A DNA stretch of 64,000 nucleotides from IMG/VR virus record IMGVR_UViG_3300024255_000004; one strand, 5' to 3'. Shown in pieces: positions 8,772 through 18,064 of the stretch. Position 1 is the first letter of the stretch; each line of letters begins with the position of its first letter. The position numbers and the translations under genes were made by a program. The stretch comes from a virus. The notes under the pieces are model-generated. The model searched no databases. It was not told the DNA's origin and worked only from the letters and a program-made list of their open reading frames with translations.

Positions 8772-9406
8772 TGAAAAAAAGTTTATTATTAATTTTATTG
8801 ACACCTCTAACATGGGCTGGGGATAACCACGTCCATGTTGAGCAGGTTGCAAGTGGAGACGTTGACCTTAACATAACACAAGCAGGTTATGATAATGAAA
8901 TTAAGTTCTCATTTGCACATAGTGGAAACACATTCAATCTATTACAAACAGGAAATGGAAACTCTATTTCTTGGGTCTCTTACTGGGGGCCTGGAAAGTC
9001 TTGGGGTGGTGACGTAGACGGAATCAACAATACTGAAAACGTAGAACAGATTGGTGGTGCAACATATGGTAGACACATATGGGGTAATAATAATACAGTA
9101 GATGTATATCAAAACGGAAGTCATACACATAACATAGACGTTCACTCAAATTCAGTAGACCACGAAATACACCAGTCGGGTAGTGGTTCACATTATGCAC
9201 ACACTTACTTCTATGGAAGTGCAACAGGTTCAGATAGTAGTATCATGCAGAAGGGTTCAGGAAATCATAATGCACAAATTACTTTACAGGGTTCATATCC
9301 AACAACACTTAACCTTTTACAAGAAGGTTCAACAAACAAAGCATATACACTCACCCAAAACTGCGTCACAGCAGGTGGTTGTTCAGTATCGGTCACTCAA
9401 CAATGA
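8771..9406 (+). CDS. second secreted curlin-like protein (His-rich)
   Basis: Signal MKKSLLLILLTPLTWA; QxGxxN-type repeats ITQAGYDN, LLQTGNGN, VYQNGSH, IHQSGSGSH, IMQKGSGNHN, LLQEGSTN. Confidence 0.78.
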   Translation: MKKSLLLILLTPLTWAGDNHVHVEQVASGDVDLNITQAGYDNEIKFSFAHSGNTFNLLQTGNGNSISWVSYWGPGKSWGGDVDGINNTENVEQIGGATYGRHIWGNNNTVDVYQNGSHTHNIDVHSNSVDHEIHQSGSGSHYAHTYFYGSATGSDSSIMQKGSGNHNAQITLQGSYPTTLNLLQEGSTNKAYTLTQNCVTAGGCSVSVTQQ

Positions 9407-9621
9407 ATTCAGAATGTCCCCAACCTATCGAGTGGGACGATGAACTCGAATCATCAGAACTTGAATTAGGAGATGTCGAAGCTGCATCTGATTTCGTATG
9501 GCAAGTTCTCTTCCTTACACCAATAGAGTTGGTCTACATAGGATTCACAATGACAGTCCTTGCAACATATGGACTTTCTATTTACTATATCTATAAACGA
9601 ATACAAAAGAAATTCTCATAA
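9403..9621 (+). CDS. small membrane protein, acidic N-terminus
   Basis: ATGA overlap upstream and TAATG overlap downstream; hydrophobic C-terminal half. Confidence 0.65.
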   Translation: MNSECPQPIEWDDELESSELELGDVEAASDFVWQVLFLTPIELVYIGFTMTVLATYGLSIYYIYKRIQKKFS

Positions 9622-11459
9622 TGTATAGTTGGAAAACAGTCCTAATCACCATTGGTGTATTTGTAGGACTTAAAATTTGGTCTCCTTACTTAGTAGAGAA
9701 TATTAAGTGGTCTTACTTTGATGTTCTTCATCAGAGTCAGGAGAAAGTTCAGGTAGAAGATATTGTCTTAGTAGACATAGACGAGAAGTCACTTGAAGTG
9801 TTCGGTCAGTATCCTATCAAACGTAGTATCTATAGGGATTTACTCCTTGACACTCATTACACTAACACACATGTTTTCACTCAACTCTTTAATCAACCTG
9901 ATAGAAATCAGGGAGAAGACGAAATCTTTGCAGAAGGATTGGTCAATAGATTAACAATTCTATCAGCTGCACCCACCATTCAAAAGAACACTGGTTCTGC
10001 ACCCTTCGTAGGAAACTCTACTTTCGGTAGTGGAAATGCAACAGACTACCTATGGAACTTCTCAGGAATTTCAAGTCCTATCAGGATACTTCAGGACAAT
10101 ACTTATGGAGTTGGGGTCACTGTTGCAACACCTAGTGTTAGTGGAACACCAAACTTTGACGGGACAACTAGGTCTATCCCTTTAATCATAACTGCAAATG
10201 AACAGGTATATCCGTCTCTTGCACTGGAAACACTTCGTGCATTAAAAGACCAACCTTCGTATCAAACTAAAATTACAGAAGTTGGAGTAGAGTGGGTAAG
10301 AATGGGCAGAGACAAACCTATCACCACCACTCCAACGAGTGACGTTATGGTGTCCTATTGGAACGAATTCCAACGGGTTTCTGCTGTCGACTTACCTAAT
10401 CTAAATCTTACTAATAAAATTCTGATATGGGGTTTGACTGCAGAGGGATTGAATAATCCAGTTTCAACTCCAGTGGGAATATTGTATCCTCACGAAGTGC
10501 AAGCGAACCATATCCAAACCTCTTTGTCAGGAGTTCAAATACAACAATCCTACTATCTTGAATTGCTTGAGATTGCTCTTCTGATGACAGTTCTTGTATT
10601 GATATTGGTGATGGTTTACAAACTTCCCACAATTCTTTCGGGGGTAATGAGTCTAACACTTGTAGGACTTCAAATCTTCGGGAGTTATTATATTTGGACT
10701 TCAGAGCTCGTTCTTTTCGATACCTTCTTTTCATCAATTGCCTCCTTGATTGTTTTTGGTCATGCCTCTTTCAATCAATACTATACAACCTACCAACTCA
10801 AAGAAGAAATCAAGAAGCAGTTCCAAAAGTATTTATCTCCCGACATGGTTGACCAACTTGCAGAAAACCCCGATTTACTTAAATTGGGTGGAGATAGAAA
10901 AGAGTTAACTTTCATGTTTATGGACATATGTGGATTCACCCCCATAAGCGAACACTACATGAAACAAGACGACCCCGAGGGATTAGTGGAACTCATTAAC
11001 AAATTCCTTGACATGCAAACAAAGATAATCCTAAATAACAATGGAACCATTGATAAGTATATGGGTGATTGTATTATGAGTTTTTGGAATGCACCTTTAG
11101 ATTGTCCCGACCATGCCGAGATGGCAGTCAAGTCTGCAGAAGAAATACTAATTGCTACCAAGGAACTCAATGAAGAACTCAAACCACTCGGTCTTCCCCC
11201 TATCAATGTTGGTATTGGTATTAACACTGGGGAGTGTATCGTTGGAAACATGGGGTCAGAACTTAGATTTGACTATTCCGTCATTGGAGATGCAGTTAAC
11301 CTCGGAGCTAGACTCGAAGGACAAACGAGAAATTATGATGGGGTGGACGTGTTGTTGGGACAAGAAACATATCTACAATGTCCGTCTAGAGCATTCACTG
11401 AAGTCGATAGGATTACAGTCAAAGGAAAATCTGAACCAGTCACAGTTTACACTATCTGA
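9621..11459 (+). CDS. CHASE2-domain membrane adenylate cyclase (class III)
   Basis: IVLVDIDEKSL..GQYP, DGTTRSIPL, YPSLALE, TPVG..HEVQAN (CHASE2); 3 TMs; FMDICGFT, IDKYMGDCIM, GIGINTG, GNMGS..RFDYSVIGDAVNLGARLE. Confidence 0.95.
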   Translation: MYSWKTVLITIGVFVGLKIWSPYLVENIKWSYFDVLHQSQEKVQVEDIVLVDIDEKSLEVFGQYPIKRSIYRDLLLDTHYTNTHVFTQLFNQPDRNQGEDEIFAEGLVNRLTILSAAPTIQKNTGSAPFVGNSTFGSGNATDYLWNFSGISSPIRILQDNTYGVGVTVATPSVSGTPNFDGTTRSIPLIITANEQVYPSLALETLRALKDQPSYQTKITEVGVEWVRMGRDKPITTTPTSDVMVSYWNEFQRVSAVDLPNLNLTNKILIWGLTAEGLNNPVSTPVGILYPHEVQANHIQTSLSGVQIQQSYYLELLEIALLMTVLVLILVMVYKLPTILSGVMSLTLVGLQIFGSYYIWTSELVLFDTFFSSIASLIVFGHASFNQYYTTYQLKEEIKKQFQKYLSPDMVDQLAENPDLLKLGGDRKELTFMFMDICGFTPISEHYMKQDDPEGLVELINKFLDMQTKIILNNNGTIDKYMGDCIMSFWNAPLDCPDHAEMAVKSAEEILIATKELNEELKPLGLPPINVGIGINTGECIVGNMGSELRFDYSVIGDAVNLGARLEGQTRNYDGVDVLLGQETYLQCPSRAFTEVDRITVKGKSEPVTVYTI

Positions 11460-11763
11460 ACTACCTAATACGTTTGATTGGACTGCATTCTATACTCTTC
11501 AACTACTAGATATCTACACAACATATCGTGGACTTAAATATGATTGTGTCGAAGAACTAAATCCACTCGTAGGAGAGTCTCCTTCAGTCCCTAAAATGTT
11601 CGCAGTTAAGACTGCAATTCTATTACCTGCTATCGAGATGGATAGAAGAACCCACGAATTAACTTCAGATACATTCGACTATATGAACATTCTTATGGGT
11701 GTAGTGATTGTAAATAACATTCAACAAGTAAGTGATGCAAAAAAATATTGCAATAAAAGATAA
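11152..11763 (+). CDS. DUF5658-like membrane protein overlapping the cyclase 3' end (start uncertain)
   Basis: LLDIYTTYRGL...EELNPLV motif; fills the gap before hsp20. Confidence 0.6.
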   Translation: MLPRNSMKNSNHSVFPLSMLVLVLTLGSVSLETWGQNLDLTIPSLEMQLTSELDSKDKREIMMGWTCCWDKKHIYNVRLEHSLKSIGLQSKENLNQSQFTLSELPNTFDWTAFYTLQLLDIYTTYRGLKYDCVEELNPLVGESPSVPKMFAVKTAILLPAIEMDRRTHELTSDTFDYMNILMGVVIVNNIQQVSDAKKYCNKR

Positions 11764-11823
11764 AACCCCCTTGAAATTTTAGAAAAAGTCCTTATAATAG
11801 TAGTATGGTGTTATAAATACCAT

Positions 11824-11872
11824 TGTGATGCCCATTAGGGGTCACATAACAATAACTTGCTTAATAAAGGAG
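11824..11872 (+). promoter_or_regulatory. ROSE-like RNA thermometer in the hsp20 5' UTR
   Basis: Hairpin TGTGATGCCC-ATTA-GGGGTCACA, then CTTGCT-TAATAA-AGGAG pairing with the SD around a bulged G. Confidence 0.6.
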
Positions 11873-11878
11873 AAAACT

Positions 11879-12292
11879 ATGACTATCTATGACGATGTCT
11901 TCGGGAAATCATTCCCATTCGCAATCGGGTTCGACAGAACTCTACAACTATTAGAACGTGCTGATACACATTCTAGTTCAAACTATCCACCTTACAACAT
12001 TGTAAAAATCGATGAGGAAAATTTCCAAATTGAAATGGCAGTGGCTGGGTTCGATAAGAAAGAGGTTTCTATCTCTAAAGAGAAAGAGAAACTAATTATC
12101 GAGGGAGAACAGGATACGGAATCAAAAGAGTATGTCCACCAAGGACTTGCTTCTCGTTCATTCAAAAGGTCATTCACACTTGCAGACGATATAATCGTTA
12201 AGGGTGCAAATATGAAGAATGGTATTTTGATTGTAAGTTTAGAGAGAATTGTGCCTGAGGAAGACAAACCTCAAGAAATCAAAATTTCTTAA
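11879..12292 (+). CDS. hsp20: small heat shock protein Hsp20 (IbpA-like)
   Basis: NYPPYNIVK, IEMAVAGF, YVHQGLASRSFKRSFTLAD, NGILIV. Confidence 0.95.
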   Translation: MTIYDDVFGKSFPFAIGFDRTLQLLERADTHSSSNYPPYNIVKIDEENFQIEMAVAGFDKKEVSISKEKEKLIIEGEQDTESKEYVHQGLASRSFKRSFTLADDIIVKGANMKNGILIVSLERIVPEEDKPQEIKIS

Positions 12293-12361
12293 AAACCCCC
12301 TTACAGATACACCTGTTATGAGTTATAATGGGTGTATCTTTTTATATTATGGAGAAAAAAT

Positions 12362-12862
12362 ATGTTAAACGTAGGAGATAAGATTCCACAAGTTATTCTA
12401 CCCGTTAGAGTAGGAGACACTTTTGAACACTTAGATACATGGGAACAATTTGAAGGTAAGAGGGTAATTATATTTGCACTGCCTGGTGCATTTACACCAA
12501 CTTGTTCAGAACAACAATTGCCAGGCTTTGACGAGAAGTTTGAAACATTCCATGACGAAAAAGGAATAGATTCAATTTACTGTTTATCAGTGAATGATTC
12601 CTTTGTTATGAATGCATGGTTTGAGTCACAAGGAACTGTTGACGTATTCCCACTTCCCGATGGAAACGGAGAGTTTACAGAAGGTATGGGTGCAAGTGTG
12701 CAGAAAGCAAATCTAGGATTTGGTATTAGGTCTTGGAGATATGCAATTGTTGTAAATGACAATGTCATTGAACATGTATTTGCAGAAGAAGGATTCGGTG
12801 ACAATATCGATTCAGACCCTTATGAAGTATCTACACCCGAAAATGTCCTTGCAAACATCTAA
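12362..12862 (+). CDS. peroxiredoxin (Prx5 type)
   Basis: LPGAFTPTCS, SVNDSFVMNAW, PDGNGEFT, RSWRYA. Confidence 0.93.
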   Translation: MLNVGDKIPQVILPVRVGDTFEHLDTWEQFEGKRVIIFALPGAFTPTCSEQQLPGFDEKFETFHDEKGIDSIYCLSVNDSFVMNAWFESQGTVDVFPLPDGNGEFTEGMGASVQKANLGFGIRSWRYAIVVNDNVIEHVFAEEGFGDNIDSDPYEVSTPENVLANI

Positions 12863-14276
12863 ACTTTATCAAGTCTTAAAAGATAATGCAAACGAAAAGA
12901 GATTGCCTATTATTGATGGTAGTCTCTTTGATGCATTAACTGAAGAACATGGGAGAGAATACTTCCGTGAGGTTCTTGCAGAATACATAGAAACTGAAAG
13001 ACCCGAGTTTCCTCTAAAACAAATCTCTCATGAAGATATGAGAAACACCTTTATTAAACTTTTAGAATATCCTGTTTGGAAGTTTATATACCCACACGAA
13101 AATTTAGAACAGGAAGTCGTAGAGAAATATGACGACTACAAATACCCTTATTCAGAATGGGGACATGGAATGGTCAATGCACCTTCCACATTTAATGATG
13201 CAAGTGATTACTTTATGCAAGATTTAAGATTGTCTTGTGATTCGTATGGACATAGAGCTCCATTGAATGCATTTAGAGAATCGACTGCAAAAGAATTGAA
13301 ATCACCCCTCGGTGCAATATGGAGAGGTGTTAATGATATCACAAAAGAAGTATCAAAAGACGTAGACGGAAACGAGGTTATAAAACTTGTTGGTGGTTCA
13401 TTGAGAGAAGACACTTACAGAATGGCATTCAGACTTGGTGCCTATATTGCAACACAATTTAAACCAGTGGTTGCAAAGTGTTTCTATGAAATGACTGATG
13501 CAAGAACTGTATTGGATACAAGTTGTGGTTGGGGAGATAGACTATGTGGATTCTTTGCAAGTAAAGGAACTACAGTGTATATTGGTTGTGACCCAAACCC
13601 AAACACATTTGAAAGATATAAGAAACAATGTATAGAATATGAAACAATTCTTACAGGTCATGCACCAAAGATTACAGAAACCAAAGACAAGTTTATGTCA
13701 GTTGGTGAAAAGAGAGTTGTAATCTATAGAAGTGGTGCAGAGGATATTCCTTATGAAAAATTCCCACCAATAGATTGTGCATTTACTTCACCACCATATT
13801 TCTCAACAGAGACATACAACAAAGGTGGAGAACACGAAGAAGACCAATCATGGAGTAAGTTCTCAGAATATGAATCATGGAGAGACGACTTCTTTATTCC
13901 AGTTTCTAAAAAATCATTTGAAGTGTTATCAGATAACGGACACTTATTGATTAACATTATGAATCCAAAAATAAAAGGTAAAATGTTTCCCTCATGTGAC
14001 GAAGTAGTAGACGAATTAAGAGAACACTTCAAAGGTCAGATAGGAATGAGAATCATGCAAAGGCCTCAATCTTCTACTGCATTCTTAGAGAAGTGGTCAG
14101 ACGTGAAAGGTGATAGTGACGACAACCAAGTATCAGATAAAGAAGGAATTGATAGAACTGCAATGCAAGACTTTATGAAAAAACTATACATGGAAAATGT
14201 ATGGTGGTTTGCAAAAGAAGATAAAGATTTATTCCTACCTAACAAACACAATTCATTGGAGAGTTTCTTTGGGTAA
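12843..14276 (+). CDS. amino-DNA methyltransferase (SPPY type, m4C or m6A)
   Basis: SAM motif VLDTSCGWGDRL, YIGCDPN, catalytic FTSPPYF; start uncertain. Confidence 0.78.
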   Translation: MSLQTSKLYQVLKDNANEKRLPIIDGSLFDALTEEHGREYFREVLAEYIETERPEFPLKQISHEDMRNTFIKLLEYPVWKFIYPHENLEQEVVEKYDDYKYPYSEWGHGMVNAPSTFNDASDYFMQDLRLSCDSYGHRAPLNAFRESTAKELKSPLGAIWRGVNDITKEVSKDVDGNEVIKLVGGSLREDTYRMAFRLGAYIATQFKPVVAKCFYEMTDARTVLDTSCGWGDRLCGFFASKGTTVYIGCDPNPNTFERYKKQCIEYETILTGHAPKITETKDKFMSVGEKRVVIYRSGAEDIPYEKFPPIDCAFTSPPYFSTETYNKGGEHEEDQSWSKFSEYESWRDDFFIPVSKKSFEVLSDNGHLLINIMNPKIKGKMFPSCDEVVDELREHFKGQIGMRIMQRPQSSTAFLEKWSDVKGDSDDNQVSDKEGIDRTAMQDFMKKLYMENVWWFAKEDKDLFLPNKHNSLESFFG

Positions 14277-14583
14277 TACACCATTATTTGACGAAGGTGT
14301 TTATTGTGTTGTTGACAATAATAAATTAAACATGTCAGGCATTCAACTTACTAAAGGAATATGGGAAGGACTCATATACACATATGGTAAAGTAGAGTTT
14401 GTAGAAGGTAAGAAACACTTAAACTTTCAAAGGAATCTTATCAAAGTTCCCGACAATCATGACTTTGAAGAACTCCTAAATAATACCGAACTTAATAACC
14501 TTATGGGTGACATATTGGTTGAATTAATAGAAGAACAAGCGAGGAAAGAGAATGAACAAAGAGATATTGAAAGAACAGATTAA
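14197..14583 (+). CDS. hypothetical protein (start probably further downstream)
   Basis: GIWEGLIYTYGKV...MGDILVELIE; stop overlaps the lysozyme gene. Confidence 0.6.
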   Translation: MYGGLQKKIKIYSYLTNTIHWRVSLGNTPLFDEGVYCVVDNNKLNMSGIQLTKGIWEGLIYTYGKVEFVEGKKHLNFQRNLIKVPDNHDFEELLNNTELNNLMGDILVELIEEQARKENEQRDIERTD

Positions 14584-15007
14584 AAGACATGAGGGAGAAG
14601 TCCTCGAAGTTTACGCAGATTCACTAGGATACTTAACACTAGGTGTCGGACATCTTATCAAAGAAGGTGACGCAGAATATGGACAACCTGCTGGGACTCC
14701 AGTGAGTCAAGAAGTAGTAGATGCATACTATGAATCAGACTTTGATAAACATGTAGAAGAAACCATTCATGTATTTGAATCAAAAGGTGGAGAAGATTTC
14801 TATGCACTACCCGAAGACATTCAACACGTTTTAGTTAACATGACATTCAACTTAGGTGGAACAAGATTCAGCAAGTTTAATAACATGTGGAAAGGTGTTG
14901 TTTCATGTGACTGGGAAAAGGTTGCAGTTGAAATGGAAGATTCTAAATGGTTCGGACAGGTAGGAAGACGAAGTGTTGAATTACAGGAGATGGTAAGAAG
15001 TGTCTAA
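14552..15007 (+). CDS. phage lysozyme/endolysin (GH24-like)
   Basis: KRHEG..LEVYADSLGYLTLGVGHL, VNMTFNLG, EMEDSKWFGQVGRR. Confidence 0.9.
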   Translation: MNKEILKEQIKRHEGEVLEVYADSLGYLTLGVGHLIKEGDAEYGQPAGTPVSQEVVDAYYESDFDKHVEETIHVFESKGGEDFYALPEDIQHVLVNMTFNLGGTRFSKFNNMWKGVVSCDWEKVAVEMEDSKWFGQVGRRSVELQEMVRSV

Positions 15008-15281
15008 AGTAAAATGTATAAGACTAGATACTGGAGAAGTTCTAATTGGATTCGTTGAGAGAACTATATTAGGAAATTACAAAATCATAGATGCACAAAT
15101 TTGTTTAACAAATACAGAAGACGGAAAGTATGAAGTTAATCTTGCACCATGGATTCCTTTTGCAAAAGAATACACGTTCATATTAAACAGTGATTTAGTT
15201 CAAACAGTTTTTGAACCAAGACCACAACTTGAAACCAACTTTAAAGTTGCAACAGGTAATAAAGTAAGGGGTAATAAATAA
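15000..15281 (+). CDS. T4-like hypothetical protein
   Basis: IRLDTGEVLIG...LAPWIPFA; GGAG RBS. Confidence 0.7.
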   Translation: MSKVKCIRLDTGEVLIGFVERTILGNYKIIDAQICLTNTEDGKYEVNLAPWIPFAKEYTFILNSDLVQTVFEPRPQLETNFKVATGNKVRGNK

Positions 15282-15514
15282 TGGGAAGAGAAACACTATT
15301 AAAAGCACTAATGAGTCAGTATCAAGGTGAAATGGATATTGCAATGGCAAACATTGAAGTATACAAAAACAACCCAGCTGGTATTGGTGAACACCCCGAC
15401 ATTGCACAAGCACTCGATACTCAAATTGAGAAACTTGCAAATGCAAAAGAAAAATATGATGTCACTTACGACATTTTACACGGAAAAAGTAATCTTACTA
15501 CCTTGACAGAATAG
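15281..15514 (+). CDS. hypothetical protein
   Basis: ANIEVY..NPAGIGEHPD; coupled start. Confidence 0.75.
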   Translation: MGRETLLKALMSQYQGEMDIAMANIEVYKNNPAGIGEHPDIAQALDTQIEKLANAKEKYDVTYDILHGKSNLTTLTE

Positions 15515-15538
15515 ACCCCCTTGTAGTATAATAACTAC

Positions 15539-18055
15539 ATGGATTTCTATACTAACGTTTGCAGAACACGTGACAAAATACTTGTCAAAGGATATAAGAA
15601 CGGAAAACAACAAAAACTATCCGTATCTTATAGACCCAATCATTATATCCCTTCTAAGAAGGGAGACACACCATTCAAATCATTAGACGGAAGGTCACTA
15701 GAAGTAGTGAACCTAAACTCTATGGGTGGTGCAAGAAAATTTCGAGAGAATTATGCTGGAACTCATGGATTTGAAATCCATGGATATGACCGATATATCT
15801 ATACATATATTGCAGATAAATTTCAAGGTGAGATAAACTGGAATCTAAATCAGATTAAGATTGCAACACTTGATATTGAGTGTGAGTGTGAAGACGGATT
15901 CCCCGAACCAACCCTTGCAACTGAAAAGGTCAATGCAATTTCAATGAAACCACTTGGTAAAGATACACATGTTTTTGGTATCGGGCCTTGGGAACACAAC
16001 AGAACAGATGTAATCTATTACAATTGTTTAAATGAGGTTGACCTTTTAACCCAGTTCGTTAAATACTGGAGACAAGAGTGGTTCGATATTATCACAGGTT
16101 GGAATGTAAACTCTTTTGATATCACCTATCTCTGTAATCGTATTGATAGAATACTAGGAGAGGGAGAACATAAGAAACTCTCACCATGGGGTCAATGTGA
16201 TGTCAGAGAGTTCATGTCTACTTATGGTCAGAAACAAATGATATTCAATCTATATGGTATCAATGTTCTTGACTACCTTGAGATATATCGTAAACATACA
16301 TTCGTAAATCAAGAATCCTACAAACTAGAAAACATTGCACAAGTAGAACTTGGAACTGGTAAACTAGATTACTCAGAGTATGGAAATCTACATACACTTT
16401 ACAAACAAGACTATCCAAAGTTCTTGGAATACAATGTCAAAGACGTTGTCCTTGTTGAAGAACTAGAGGACAAACTAGGACTATTGGAACTAACACTTGC
16501 AATGTCCTATAATGCAAAGTGTAATTATAATGACACATTCGGAATGGTGAAGTATTGGGAAACCATAATCTACAATCACCTCAAAGACCAAAACATACAA
16601 ACCCCACCCCAAAGATTAAGGAGTGGTAATGATAAGACACACCAAATTGTTGGTGCATATGTCAAAGACCCAATAGTCGGTGGACATGATTGGGTAGTGT
16701 CATTTGACTTGAACTCACTGTATCCACATATCATTATGCAATACAATATCTCACCCGAGAAAATGATAAAAGGAAACAGACAGGACTTAACCATTGATAG
16801 AATGTTAAACAAAGAATGTGACTTATCATATGTTCACCAACAGGGTCATGCAGTGTGTCCAAATGGTGTAATGTATTCTAAAAACAAACAAGGATTTCTT
16901 CCCGAACTTATGGAAAAACTCTATGACGAGAGAAAGGAGTGGAAGAAGAAAATGATTAAGTATCAACAAGAACGAGAAGTCTGTAAAGAAACCAAACGTA
17001 AGAAAGAACTTGATACACTTATCAAACGTGCATACAACAATCAACAGGTTCGTAAGATTGCACTTAACTCTGCATATGGAGCTCTTGCAAATCAATACTT
17101 TGCATTCTTTTCTATTGACCTTGCAGAGTCAATCACAACCAGTGGTCAGTTAATTATTAAGTGGTCAGAGAAAACTATCAATGAGTTCCTAAACAAAACA
17201 CTTGGAACAGATAACGAAGACTATGTGATTGCAATGGACACTGATTCAGTTTATATCACTATGGATAAACTGGTCAAGAAAGTCTTACCCGAAGAAACAG
17301 ACAAGACCAAGATTGTGGATTTCCTAAACAAGTCAGAAGGTATGATTGAACAAGTTCTTGCACGTGGTTTTGACGACCTTGCAGAATATACTAATGCATT
17401 CCAACAGAAAATGCAAATGGGTCGTGAAGTAATTGCAGATAGAGGTATTTGGACTGCAAAGAAACGATACATTCTAAATGTCCATGACAACGAAGGTGTC
17501 CGACTTGCAGAACCCAAACTTAAAATGATGGGTATTGAGACTGCAAAGTCCTCTACACCACAATGGGTCAGAACTAAACTAACAGAAGCCTTAAAGGTAG
17601 TAATGAATGGAACTGAACAGGACTTATGGGAGTTCGTAGAGACTGCACGAAAAGAATTTAGAAACCTTCCACCCGAGGAAGTTGCATTTCCTAGAGGTGT
17701 CAAAAACCTTGTGACGTATTCAGACCCGACTCATATCTATGGGAAAGGAACACCGATTCATGTCAGAGGTTCACTCTTACACAATCACTTACTGAAATCT
17801 AAAAATCTTGACTTAAGATATGAAATGATTAAGAACTCAGATAAGATTCGTTTCTCATATCTTACAACACCAAATCCAATCAATGAGAATGTAATATCAT
17901 TCTCAAGTTCTCTACCAAGAGAGTTGGACTTACATAGATTTATTGACTATGATATGCAGTTTGATAAAGCATTTAATGAACCACTAAAGAATATTGTGAA
18001 CTTAATTAACTGGAATGTAGAACCAGTTGCAAGCTTAGATTCTTTTTTCGGATAA
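15539..18055 (+). CDS. gp43: family B DNA polymerase
   Basis: Exo DIE, SFDLNSLYP, KIALNSAYG, MDTDS, KKRY; C-terminal SLDSFFG. Confidence 0.98.
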   Translation: MDFYTNVCRTRDKILVKGYKNGKQQKLSVSYRPNHYIPSKKGDTPFKSLDGRSLEVVNLNSMGGARKFRENYAGTHGFEIHGYDRYIYTYIADKFQGEINWNLNQIKIATLDIECECEDGFPEPTLATEKVNAISMKPLGKDTHVFGIGPWEHNRTDVIYYNCLNEVDLLTQFVKYWRQEWFDIITGWNVNSFDITYLCNRIDRILGEGEHKKLSPWGQCDVREFMSTYGQKQMIFNLYGINVLDYLEIYRKHTFVNQESYKLENIAQVELGTGKLDYSEYGNLHTLYKQDYPKFLEYNVKDVVLVEELEDKLGLLELTLAMSYNAKCNYNDTFGMVKYWETIIYNHLKDQNIQTPPQRLRSGNDKTHQIVGAYVKDPIVGGHDWVVSFDLNSLYPHIIMQYNISPEKMIKGNRQDLTIDRMLNKECDLSYVHQQGHAVCPNGVMYSKNKQGFLPELMEKLYDERKEWKKKMIKYQQEREVCKETKRKKELDTLIKRAYNNQQVRKIALNSAYGALANQYFAFFSIDLAESITTSGQLIIKWSEKTINEFLNKTLGTDNEDYVIAMDTDSVYITMDKLVKKVLPEETDKTKIVDFLNKSEGMIEQVLARGFDDLAEYTNAFQQKMQMGREVIADRGIWTAKKRYILNVHDNEGVRLAEPKLKMMGIETAKSSTPQWVRTKLTEALKVVMNGTEQDLWEFVETARKEFRNLPPEEVAFPRGVKNLVTYSDPTHIYGKGTPIHVRGSLLHNHLLKSKNLDLRYEMIKNSDKIRFSYLTTPNPINENVISFSSSLPRELDLHRFIDYDMQFDKAFNEPLKNIVNLINWNVEPVASLDSFFG

Positions 18056-18064
18056 ATAATTAAT

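Noticed and set aside
4879-12862. Bacterial contamination or chimeric assembly of the curli/cyclase block
   Set aside because: Same strand, composition and codon habits as the flanks; T4 late promoters; sits between regA and hsp20/gp43
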